Shown piece after piece: positions 25,810 through 33,191 of a stretch of DNA of 33,191 nucleotides (positions are counted from its first letter, which is position 1; every line of letters starts with the position of its first letter). Source of the stretch: Alphaproteobacteria bacterium (GTDB taxonomy: Bacteria > Pseudomonadota > Alphaproteobacteria > Micavibrionales > Micavibrionaceae); NCBI GenBank assembly GCA_023141075.1, contig JAGLKL010000001.1, forward strand, positions 1 through 33,191. Direction: 5' to 3'. The translations under genes were made by a program, and so were the position numbers. The notes below the pieces were generated by a model. The model was not told the origin of the DNA. It did no database searches and was given only the letters and a program-made list of their open reading frames with translations.

Positions 25810-26663
25810 GTATCTGCTCCAGTCATCAGCTCAGGAACACCAGTGATTTGGACGGCGCGATCGCCAATACGCATTTCATCGCCGCCACCGGTAATACCGC
25901 GATCAACTTGTAGTGCATAGGGTGGGGAAATCATACCTTGCGCAAGTAACATCTTGTATCTGATCATACCTTGATAATCAGATTCTAAACGCGCAAGATC
26001 ATCTTTAAATATATCATCGGCTTGTTCATAACCAAATTTCCATCCTTTACGCACATGCTGTCCCCATATTCTGCGTTCCTCAGCATCACGTGGGGTCAGG
26101 ATATCAGGTGGCGGCATCACTTCACCCCATTCGCGTTCCAGATACTGACGCCATATTCTAGGAGCCGAAACGATGCGTGCGTTGCGGATAATATTATAAA
26201 TTTTATCGGAGACAGCCGCAGTTTGTCCGTCTACATCAATAAGCATCGCATTCATTGATTCGGTAATAATCGGAGGCTCGATCATAAAACCGGATGGTGC
26301 AGCCATCAAAAGCTGGGCAAAATCATAAACACGGTCAAGGTAGCGTGTTTTAGTGCTAAGTTCATCGCGGATTTCATAAGTGCGCTTGGCCAAACCGCCA
26401 CGTGCTCCGAAAGATGTTGCTGCTTCCTTAATAGCATCCATACGAATATCTATGGGCAGGCTGTCATCACTCTCGTCAACGCCTCCGATGGGTTCATATT
26501 TTATCAGAGCGCGAAGCTCTACAGGCTCTTCTTCTGAAGTCGTCAAAGGCGCATCGTTATCGGTTGGAAGTTTATACTTTCCGGCATAAGAATACCCGGG
26601 TGCGCCGACGATAAACGACAATCCGATAAGTGAGCAAATGCCCGATGTCAGAAGAAAACGCAT
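25788..26663 (-). CDS. dotC: DotC (TraI-like) outer-membrane-associated T4BSS core protein
   Basis: 291 aa with a signal-like N-terminus. Contains FMIEPPIITESMNAMLIDVDGQTA, GWKFGYEQADDIF, ESDYQGMIRYKMLLAQGMISPP. It sits between dotD and dotB. No canonical lipobox was seen. Confidence 0.8.
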   Translation of the reverse strand: MRFLLTSGICSLIGLSFIVGAPGYSYAGKYKLPTDNDAPLTTSEEEPVELRALIKYEPIGGVDESDDSLPIDIRMDAIKEAATSFGARGGLAKRTYEIRDELSTKTRYLDRVYDFAQLLMAAPSGFMIEPPIITESMNAMLIDVDGQTAAVSDKIYNIIRNARIVSAPRIWRQYLEREWGEVMPPPDILTPRDAEERRIWGQHVRKGWKFGYEQADDIFKDDLARLESDYQGMIRYKMLLAQGMISPPYALQVDRGITGGGDEMRIGDRAVQITGVPELMTGADTWKPASR

Positions 26664-26689
26664 GATCTAAAACCCTTTAAAAACCTTTT

Positions 26690-27202
26690 TTAACCACCAA
26701 CCCCGGCATTGGGAACATAGTAAATTTCAACCATACGGGATTTGGCATCGACTTTTACATCACCGCGATTACCAAGCTGTAGGCCGATGTCACGCAAAAC
26801 ATCAACAACTCGGGAGTTTTCTGCATCAACAGAAACAACAACAGGAACGGAAGGTTCATTACCCAAGACAAGGAAACTGTATCCGGCACGATCAGTCAAA
26901 GTTTTGGCAATCGGTTCTATCGGACCGACCCAGTTTACAGTGATTGTACGGCGCAACTCTTGCGGAACATTGCCGAGAGGGGACATTGAAGTGGCTGGTG
27001 TGCGGGCTTGTTCAACTGCAGCCAGCGTTTCCAGAGCCAATGATGCACGGTCAGCAGATTCTGCCAGCATTACAGAAACACTGTCAGGAGAAGCCACAAT
27101 TTGCGGACTACCTGCACTAAACGCATTTGATGTGTCGAGAGAACAACCAGAAATTAACGCCAAACCACATAACAATGGTAAGATAAGAAAGTTACGAGAC
27201 AT
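26690..27202 (-). CDS. dotD: DotD (TraH-like) lipoprotein with secretin-N0-like domain
   Basis: 170 aa. Lipobox LALISGC at residues 14-20. C-terminal TITVNWVGPIEPIAKTLTDRAGYSFLVLGNEPSVPVVVSVDAENSRVVDVLRDIGLQLG. Confidence 0.85.
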   Translation of the reverse strand: MSRNFLILPLLCGLALISGCSLDTSNAFSAGSPQIVASPDSVSVMLAESADRASLALETLAAVEQARTPATSMSPLGNVPQELRRTITVNWVGPIEPIAKTLTDRAGYSFLVLGNEPSVPVVVSVDAENSRVVDVLRDIGLQLGNRGDVKVDAKSRMVEIYYVPNAGVGG

Positions 27203-27406
27203 AATAATTTAAAACCCTAATACGAAGACAAACTAGTCTGCTAGAAATACTAGACAATATTTCGAAGCAAATCAAGAAATATAGATAAAATTATGAATAT
27301 CTTTGCGTATTTTTATTGATCCACAAACATATAAACAGCTTGTATTGAGGTAATTTTGAACTGCACAAAACCGTGCTATGTCGTACTGAGCTTGACCTAG
27401 GGGAAT

Positions 27407-27820
27407 TCAACGCCGAGTTTTCAACAGCCCATATCTCTTCATCTCATTAATAACACGTTTTTTGTATTTTTTTCCATATTCGGGGGTTCGCGAATGATAA
27501 TGTTCAAGTGCTTTTGCTAAATCATGGGTCTCATTTAAGTGCTGACGCAAAATCCAGGCAGCAACATCAACATTGGCACAAGTGTCGTCACGAACCACTT
27601 GTTTGGCCTTTTCTTCGCTGATTCCCCATTGCCGAGCCAGTTCCGGTAGCCAGATTGTATTAATTTGCATAGGACCTAGATCATAGCTTCCATTCGTGTT
27701 AGCGACTTCCTGCCCGGATTTTCCGCCTTCAGCGCGGTATATCCCGGCCAGTAAGGCAGGGGGGACATCGTGTGCTTGAGCGGCCATCATAATGCATGCA
27801 GCCAGAATTTTTGTTCCCAT
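27407..27820 (-). CDS. Small SLT-domain lytic transglycosylase (VirB1/IagB-class)
   Basis: 137 aa with a signal-like N-terminus. Contains IYRAEGG (candidate catalytic Glu), YDLGPMQIN, ANVDVAAWIL. Confidence 0.75.
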   Translation of the reverse strand: MGTKILAACIMMAAQAHDVPPALLAGIYRAEGGKSGQEVANTNGSYDLGPMQINTIWLPELARQWGISEEKAKQVVRDDTCANVDVAAWILRQHLNETHDLAKALEHYHSRTPEYGKKYKKRVINEMKRYGLLKTRR

Positions 27821-27834
27821 GAGATCACTTCCTA

Positions 27835-27854
27835 CTAGGGTCTAAACCCACAAT
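27835..27854 (-). repeat. Motif C copy (minus strand: ATTGTGGGTTTAGACCCTAG)
   Basis: The core GGGTTTAGACCC lies 15-34 nt upstream of the transglycosylase ATG, directly before its AGGAAG RBS. Confidence 0.8.
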
Positions 27855-27924
27855 GCCTTAGAATATACAAGTCTACTATGTAATACAAAAAGGCTTGAGG
27901 AAAGGCAGCATGCTTTATACAAAA

Positions 27925-29199
27925 TCAATCAGAAGAGAAGAAAGACATAGGGCTTCCGGCATTACCGGAAGACTTTTCTTTCTCATCTTCCCCATCTTCC
28001 TCATCCTTTTCATCAGCGGGCGGGGCAGATTGTCCTTGTTGAGGTTCTTCATCAACAGGTGCGGAAGAAGCCGGTCTTGTCGCACTTAACATCGCGTCCT
28101 CTCCTCCAGAAGGCTCTTTATCAACAGGTGCAGAAGAAGTCGGTCTTGTCGCGCTTAACATCGCTGCCTCTTCGCCGGAAGGCTCTTTATCCTCTTTTTC
28201 TTCCTCATTGCCTGAAAAGAATCCCATGGGGCTGGATTTTGTTGAGGTTTGTTGAGGTTTTTCTTCTTCAGCCTCTTTCTGAATATCCGGCACAGTCGCA
28301 TTTTCTTCTGTTGCAGCTTCGGCGAGCGGTTTATCCGGCGCGGAAGCCACATCTACAAGCCCGGATCCATCAGTAAATAAGTTCTCGATCTTGGCAATAT
28401 CCTCATCTGTGAAATGATTTGGCATAATATGTTTGCCCAAAACGGTAAGCATGCTCAGGCGTTTTTCAAACAACAACCAGATGTTTTCAATCTGGGTCTT
28501 GTTATCTTCCTCAGCGCGTACATCTTCATCCAGCGCCATTATACGGTTTTTCTCGCGAATGTGACACGAACAATAAAGCGGGATAAGACTACTCAAAATA
28601 AGGAGTTCACTCGATTTTTGTTCCGCTACTGATAGCTCCGTTCCCATTAATGCATGAGTAATTTCAGAGGCTTTTGTGCGCAGCTTTTCTGACACGTCTT
28701 GTATCATCCGCGCTTCATCCTGCCCATAGGAGAAATCTGCTACGGCATCAACAAGCGGTACATAATATTTAAGGTAAACAAGATTAGCCACAGTTCGCGA
28801 TAATGGCGAAAGGCCGCGGATATTCTCCGGGAATACTCCTTCCAGACGCTCCATAGGAATGTAGTTCTCGGAAAATGTTAAGAGCTTGTCAACCGAGCCG
28901 ACTGTACGCTTAAGCTCTGCTTGAGTAGGCAAGCTTCCTGAACGTTTATAATGGGCGGCGATAATGTGACAGGACAGCGTCGCAAGGTTAAGGCGTACTG
29001 ATACGTCTTTTTCTTCTTCTTCAATCAAATCCAGAAGGCCGCGAATATCATCGGCGTTATCGATAGTCTGACGCAACAAACGGGTCACATCTTCAATGAC
29101 CTTTTCTTCCGGCTCGTTCAGGGCAACCTGAATGACACCCTCAATAACAGGCAATCCGATATCATGCATTATTACGGTTAGAAGTTCTGCGCGCTTCAT
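27925..29199 (-). CDS. Hypothetical soluble protein with a folded N-terminal region of about 290 aa and a disordered acidic repeat-bearing C-terminus (candidate T4BSS substrate or adaptor)
   Basis: 424 aa with no hydrophobic helix. The C-terminal third is E/D/S/P-rich and carries two 23-aa repeats (DKEPSGEEAAMLSATRPTSSAPV and DKEPSGGEDAMLSATRPASSAPV). It also has two SPMGFFS / SPMSFFS motifs, the second at the extreme C-terminus. Confidence 0.6.
   Translation of the reverse strand: MKRAELLTVIMHDIGLPVIEGVIQVALNEPEEKVIEDVTRLLRQTIDNADDIRGLLDLIEEEEKDVSVRLNLATLSCHIIAAHYKRSGSLPTQAELKRTVGSVDKLLTFSENYIPMERLEGVFPENIRGLSPLSRTVANLVYLKYYVPLVDAVADFSYGQDEARMIQDVSEKLRTKASEITHALMGTELSVAEQKSSELLILSSLIPLYCSCHIREKNRIMALDEDVRAEEDNKTQIENIWLLFEKRLSMLTVLGKHIMPNHFTDEDIAKIENLFTDGSGLVDVASAPDKPLAEAATEENATVPDIQKEAEEEKPQQTSTKSSPMGFFSGNEEEKEDKEPSGEEAAMLSATRPTSSAPVDKEPSGGEDAMLSATRPASSAPVDEEPQQGQSAPPADEKDEEDGEDEKEKSSGNAGSPMSFFSSD
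28051..28188. repeat. Two tandem copies of a 69-bp coding repeat
   Basis: 28051-28119 and 28120-28188 align with few mismatches (ATCAACAGGTGCRGAAGAAGYCGGTCTTGTCGCRCTTAACATCGC...GGCTCTTT). They lie in frame within the 424-aa ORF. Confidence 0.9.
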
Positions 29200-29245
29200 T
29201 TGCGTATTCCCATTTCTTCAAAATAATCTATAAACACCCAGCGAT

Positions 29246-30139
29246 TTAAGAGCGCACTCCCAGATCTGCAATCAGACCTTTAAGATCTTTGGGCATACCG
29301 CGGATAATCTTCACTTTGCCATCTTTTCCGCGATAGGCAATAAGCGGGGTAACGCTCAGTTTCCATGATTGCATAACGGACAAATTGCGTTGTATGCCTT
29401 GTTTACTGATCTCAGGAGAAGCCGGTAAGGCTTCTTTATCGCCTTCAAGATAACGCCAGAACAAATCTACGGGAGCAGGCGCCGCTAACATATAAGCTGC
29501 CTGTGCCTGTGTTTCGTCACGAAAACCGACGGGAATTATACGCACTTGTACCTTGCCGCTTTCAATATAAGGTTTAAGCGCAACCATCATATTGTAGCAA
29601 TGAGAGCATTGTATATCGATAAAACTGTAAAACAGTGGTGTACCGGCTTGTCCCACGGGCAGCCAGTTACTATTTTCCAGATCAAAATAAAGCTGTTCGG
29701 AAGGAGTTTTGAACTCATATCTATCTGCTTTACCCGCTTCTTGTACATGAGTGGGCATCGGGGGCACATCAGCGGCCAACGAGTCAAGCAATTCCCCACT
29801 TTGTTCGCGCAAACGCCTTACCTGATTAACGGTCACGGCTTTGCCCTTAACATCAAACAAAATGCCGCTAAGAAAGCTGCCATTTGGCAAAACATAGAAA
29901 TACTGTTCCTGCCCGTTTTTAATAGCAATCCATCCGTCAACCCCGTTATCTTTTCCCAAAAAGCGGATTTGTGCGCCCTCATTAGCCAGATTTTGTATCG
30001 GATCCGGCATTTTCGGCAGCAAAGTATCGTTGCTATTTTGTGCAAAGACAGGATTCCCGGCAAAAGACAAGATTGCTATTCCGGCGCAAAGGGACAGGAA
30101 TTTTCTAAAAAGTCTGTAAAGCATAATTCTGTAAGTCAT
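29246..30139 (-). CDS. Periplasmic thioredoxin-fold thiol:disulfide interchange protein, DsbC/DsbG-like
   Basis: 297 aa. Signal peptide (LSLCAGIAILSFAGNPVFAQ), an N-terminal domain, then FIDIQCSHCYNM (CxxC active site) and a C-terminal TPLIAYRGKDGKVKIIRGMP (cis-Pro loop region). GAGG lies 9 nt upstream of the ATG. Confidence 0.75.
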   Translation of the reverse strand: MTYRIMLYRLFRKFLSLCAGIAILSFAGNPVFAQNSNDTLLPKMPDPIQNLANEGAQIRFLGKDNGVDGWIAIKNGQEQYFYVLPNGSFLSGILFDVKGKAVTVNQVRRLREQSGELLDSLAADVPPMPTHVQEAGKADRYEFKTPSEQLYFDLENSNWLPVGQAGTPLFYSFIDIQCSHCYNMMVALKPYIESGKVQVRIIPVGFRDETQAQAAYMLAAPAPVDLFWRYLEGDKEALPASPEISKQGIQRNLSVMQSWKLSVTPLIAYRGKDGKVKIIRGMPKDLKGLIADLGVRS

Positions 30140-30363
30140 AAATAATAACCTCGGACGTCATTACGTTTTGTATATTATTAGATCGCCATGTTCTAATGAC
30201 CGCCCAAACATAGCGATATTAGAAGGTAAGTACAATAACTTTTGAAATTAGAATTTTTGCGGCTTTACTCTTGTCATCTTGAGAATCTCAAAAACATATT
30301 ACTCAGGTCGTTCCTGTAAGAAAAACGGCTACACTTAAAAGGGTTTGCATTATGCAAGAGAGC

Positions 30364-31704
30364 TTAGAAAAACAGTGTAATGACACCGGCATAGCTGTAA
30401 AAGCGGGCGTTATTAATCTCTCCACCGGCGTAAAAGCCGCAAAGCGGGATATCACCGATAATGTCGCGGATAAGAGCAATCTCATCTGCCGCTACAGCAG
30501 GATTTTGCGCAAAACCACGTGCAATACATGAAATATACAAAGCGCCTTTAGGCTCAAACGTGCCGCGATCAGCCATAACCCGATTATGCAAAGTTATAAG
30601 GGCTTTGGATAAATCGCTGGAGATATTTTTTTCATCACGCTCAACAAAAAATATGCGTTGTCCTGTCTGCACGGTTTCTCCAAGTGCGATGGAACCTTCA
30701 TTCACATCAATGCCCTCGATATTACGCACCAGAAAATCATTTTGGTCGGACTGGTTCAAAGGCAATGCGGCATGGATTTGTCCGCGGAACAAACTCATAA
30801 ACTCCGGGGGTATTTTATCGCTGGATTCAATCACATCAAATGAGCCGGCAAAGCTCTGCTCGTCTTTCCCGGTTTTTTTACAGGCCAGTTTACGAAGATC
30901 ACTTTGCAGCACGTCAAGCGCACGCTCATCATCCATCTCTAAAATAACGTTATTATCGGCCTTGGTTACAATGTGAAACTCTCCGACAGGGGCACAGCCT
31001 TGTGATAGAACAGTAGCTACAGGCACATTATCGGAAAAAAACGCGCCGCACAGAGAGTTGCTACACACACCGTCAGCGATTTGAAGGTGATGGGATCGCG
31101 AAGAGGTCAACCCGCCGACAAAAAAACAATTCGTGCTACGTTCCAAATCGGACAGGAAATCCTGAGGATTATGTGGTGCGAGCGGGTCAATATGTACCAC
31201 GCCCAACATTGGGGTATGCTCAATCAGCCATTGCTGGACTACGTCTTCCGATAAATAACGCGGGCCTTGTTTCTCAAGATCTTCTTCCAGATAACCGGTG
31301 TCTATTCTCTCTGCCTCTTCTTCCGTTTCTTCCGCTTCTTCCGATTTTACAAACTCCGTATCGGTTTCACGATTATTTTTGGGAAAGATACAAAAAGACT
31401 CCTCAGGAAAACGCCCGATCATGGCCGATATAGCTGGCTGATCAACCAGAGACTCCTGCGTGCCGATCACACCCATTCCAATAGAACCGATCCAGTTATC
31501 GATCTTAAGCACCGAACGGAACAAATTATAAATACTGGTTGCGTCATCGGCCAGATAATCTGAGATATACAAAAATCCAAAATTAAACCCGTCATCTTCT
31601 GTGCGAATAGAATCAAGCTTCTCCAGCACGGCCTTAGATGTATCCCGCCAGTCGGTTCCGCTGGCACTGGCGCTGGCAAAGTCTGTTGAGGTAAGCAAGG
31701 GCAT
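30364..31704 (-). CDS. FIST-domain (FIST_N/FIST_C) sensory protein
   Basis: 446 aa. Contains FGFLYISDYL, CFFVGGLTSS, GALYISCIARG and LCGFYAGGEI, typical of FIST proteins, with an acidic insertion (EEAEETEEEAE). Confidence 0.7.
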   Translation of the reverse strand: MPLLTSTDFASASASGTDWRDTSKAVLEKLDSIRTEDDGFNFGFLYISDYLADDATSIYNLFRSVLKIDNWIGSIGMGVIGTQESLVDQPAISAMIGRFPEESFCIFPKNNRETDTEFVKSEEAEETEEEAERIDTGYLEEDLEKQGPRYLSEDVVQQWLIEHTPMLGVVHIDPLAPHNPQDFLSDLERSTNCFFVGGLTSSRSHHLQIADGVCSNSLCGAFFSDNVPVATVLSQGCAPVGEFHIVTKADNNVILEMDDERALDVLQSDLRKLACKKTGKDEQSFAGSFDVIESSDKIPPEFMSLFRGQIHAALPLNQSDQNDFLVRNIEGIDVNEGSIALGETVQTGQRIFFVERDEKNISSDLSKALITLHNRVMADRGTFEPKGALYISCIARGFAQNPAVAADEIALIRDIIGDIPLCGFYAGGEINNARFYSYAGVITLFF

Positions 31705-31806
31705 GATTAAAAGCTACTGGTAATAAATAACAAATAAAACTTAGAGACAAAAGTGATTCTTCATTTTAAGATAGCTCAGGCTAAATAAGAGGAAAAGGAA
31801 ATAATT

Positions 31807-32370
31807 ATGGGATTTTGGACAATCTTACTTATTTTAGGTGTTGTCGTCGGCTTGTTTGTGTTGCTGTACAACCGCCTTGTTGCGCTCAGACAGTCGCGTG
31901 AGAACGCGTTTTCTGACATTGATGTGCAATTAAAGCAACGTTTTAATCTGGTGCCCCAGCTTGTGGAAAGTGTAAAAGGTTATGCAGCACACGAGAAACA
32001 AGTGTTTGAAAATGTTACGCAGGCTCGTGCGCAAGTCGGAGCGGCCAAAGGCGCAACCGGCGAACGTGTAGCAGCAGAAAACGTGCTGGGTGGTGCTTTG
32101 ATGGGCTTATTGGCAGTGGCTGAGAATTATCCCGATCTCAAGGCTGATCAGAATTTCCAGACTTTAATGAGGGAGCTTTCGGATATCGAAAACAAAATTT
32201 CCGCTGCACGGCGCTTCTTTAACAATGCAACGGCAGAATATAATACGGCTACGGAACAATTTCCCGCAGTGCTGATTGCAAAGAACCTCGGTTTCGATAA
32301 GGAGGAATTCTTTGAATTGGATGAAGCTCATGCTGAGGCCGTTCAGCAAGCCCCGGAAGTGAAATTTTAA
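31807..32370 (+). CDS. lemA: LemA family membrane protein
   Basis: 187 aa. N-terminal TM helix, then YNRLVALRQSRENAFSDIDVQLKQRFNLVPQLVESVKGYAAHEKQVFENVTQAR, YPDLKADQNFQ and ARRFFNNA. Confidence 0.85.
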   Translation: MGFWTILLILGVVVGLFVLLYNRLVALRQSRENAFSDIDVQLKQRFNLVPQLVESVKGYAAHEKQVFENVTQARAQVGAAKGATGERVAAENVLGGALMGLLAVAENYPDLKADQNFQTLMRELSDIENKISAARRFFNNATAEYNTATEQFPAVLIAKNLGFDKEEFFELDEAHAEAVQQAPEVKF

Positions 32371-32390
32371 CCTGATTTATAAATATAGCC

Positions 32391-33191
32391 ATGACTACGC
32401 ACGCCATCGGATTGAACAGCCATATCTGGCGCAATAATACGCGTAGCATAATGCTGCTCGCATTTTATCCGGTATTGTTGATGGGCGTATTCTGGCTGGG
32501 GAGCTTGGCACTGAGCATGTCGATGTCATCGAGTGTGTCTTATGCGCCCTCTAGTACCGCGAGCATAAATCCGAGCGCTTCTATCGGTTTTGCTAATGCG
32601 GTTGCTATTGAATACGCACCCCTCATTATCACGGCGGTTGCCATATGGTTTGTGATAGCATGGTTTTTTCACACAAGAATGATTCGCAAGCTCTCCCACT
32701 CGCATCCCATTACCCGAAAGGATGAGCCGGAACTATATAATTTGCTGGAAAATTTGTGTATCTCACGCGGCATAAGCATACCCAAACTAGAGATAATAGA
32801 AACCCACGCTCGTAACGCTTTTGCCAGTGGAGTCAATGAAAAGACATACTCTATTACAATTACGCGCGGACTTATGAATTCTCTTGCCAAAGACGAACTT
32901 GAGTCCGTTTTGGGACATGAACTCACTCATATTCTCAATCGCGATGTGCGTTTGCTTATTATCACAATCATTTTCACCGGCCTGTTTGGATTTCTTGCTC
33001 AGTTAGTCTGGAGCAATCTCCGTTATACAATGTTCTATTCACGAGGCCGCCGTGGACGTAATAGCGGCGGGATTGTTATTGCGATGATTATTATTGCTGT
33101 TGTGCTGTGGCTAGGCTATATGGCTAGCCTTCTCATGCGCTTTGCTCTATCGCGCCAGCGCGAATATATGGCAGATGCCGGCTCGGTAGAA
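32391..33191 (+). CDS. M48-family (HtpX-like) zinc metalloprotease, 3' end outside the window
   Basis: Not in the supplied ORF track because it runs off the window. The ATG at 32391 opens a frame to base 33191 (267 codons). It has TM helices, the HEXXH motif in LGHELTHILNRD, and REYMAD near the end. A LemA-M48 gene pair is a common arrangement. Confidence 0.75.
   Translation, partial: MTTHAIGLNSHIWRNNTRSIMLLAFYPVLLMGVFWLGSLALSMSMSSSVSYAPSSTASINPSASIGFANAVAIEYAPLIITAVAIWFVIAWFFHTRMIRKLSHSHPITRKDEPELYNLLENLCISRGISIPKLEIIETHARNAFASGVNEKTYSITITRGLMNSLAKDELESVLGHELTHILNRDVRLLIITIIFTGLFGFLAQLVWSNLRYTMFYSRGRRGRNSGGIVIAMIIIAVVLWLGYMASLLMRFALSRQREYMADAGSVE

Noticed and set aside
25788-26663. DotC as a lipoprotein (Cys at residue 10 in LTSGIC)
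   Set aside because: The residues preceding the Cys do not fit a lipobox, since Ile is at -1, and the Cys is too close to the N-terminus. A signal peptidase I site after SYA is more plausible, so lipidation was not asserted.
28051-28188. Possible CRISPR-like or non-coding tandem repeat
   Set aside because: There are only two 69-bp units, with no spacers. They are in frame within a long ORF and encode a duplicated 23-aa peptide, so this is a coding repeat and not a CRISPR array.
1-33191. tRNA, rRNA, transposase, integrase, relaxase or phage genes
   Set aside because: None was recognised in any frame or intergenic region. The spacers of 200-440 nt were read on both strands without finding cloverleaf-compatible sequence or mobile-element ORFs.

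Overview
This 33.2-kb, chromosomal-looking segment is dominated by a compact Dot/Icm-type (type IVB) secretion locus spanning about 2.1-30.1 kb. Ordinary housekeeping genes flank it: an Ldh_2-family dehydrogenase and a Tas-like aldo-keto reductase on the left, and a FIST protein, LemA and an M48/HtpX-like protease on the right. The minus strand carries two T4BSS core blocks. The first is dotI(icmL)-dotH(icmK)-dotG(icmE)-dotF(icmG)-icmC-like-dotP(icmD)-dotN(icmJ)-dotO(icmB)-orf197. The second is a lytic transglycosylase, dotD-dotC-dotB, then icmT and a TcpQ/PilL-like secreted protein. Between the two blocks, on the plus strand, lies the most unusual content: a tandem array of five divergent paralogues (453-634 aa). 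They encode signal/anchor-bearing proteins with N-terminal cysteine clusters and a nearly invariant C-terminal block that I cannot assign to a named family; an IcmX/TraW-like role is the leading but unverified hypothesis. Other notable items are an IcmC-like protein built from five IcmD/IcmC-type modules, a DsbC-like thiol-disulfide oxidoreductase, and an acidic repeat protein with a Dot/Icm-signal-like C-terminus at the locus edge. Three short sequence motifs also recur in the T4BSS intergenic regions. No rRNA, tRNA, CRISPR array, transposase or integrase was recognised. All homology calls rest on reading the translated ORFs and on synteny; no database search was possible.
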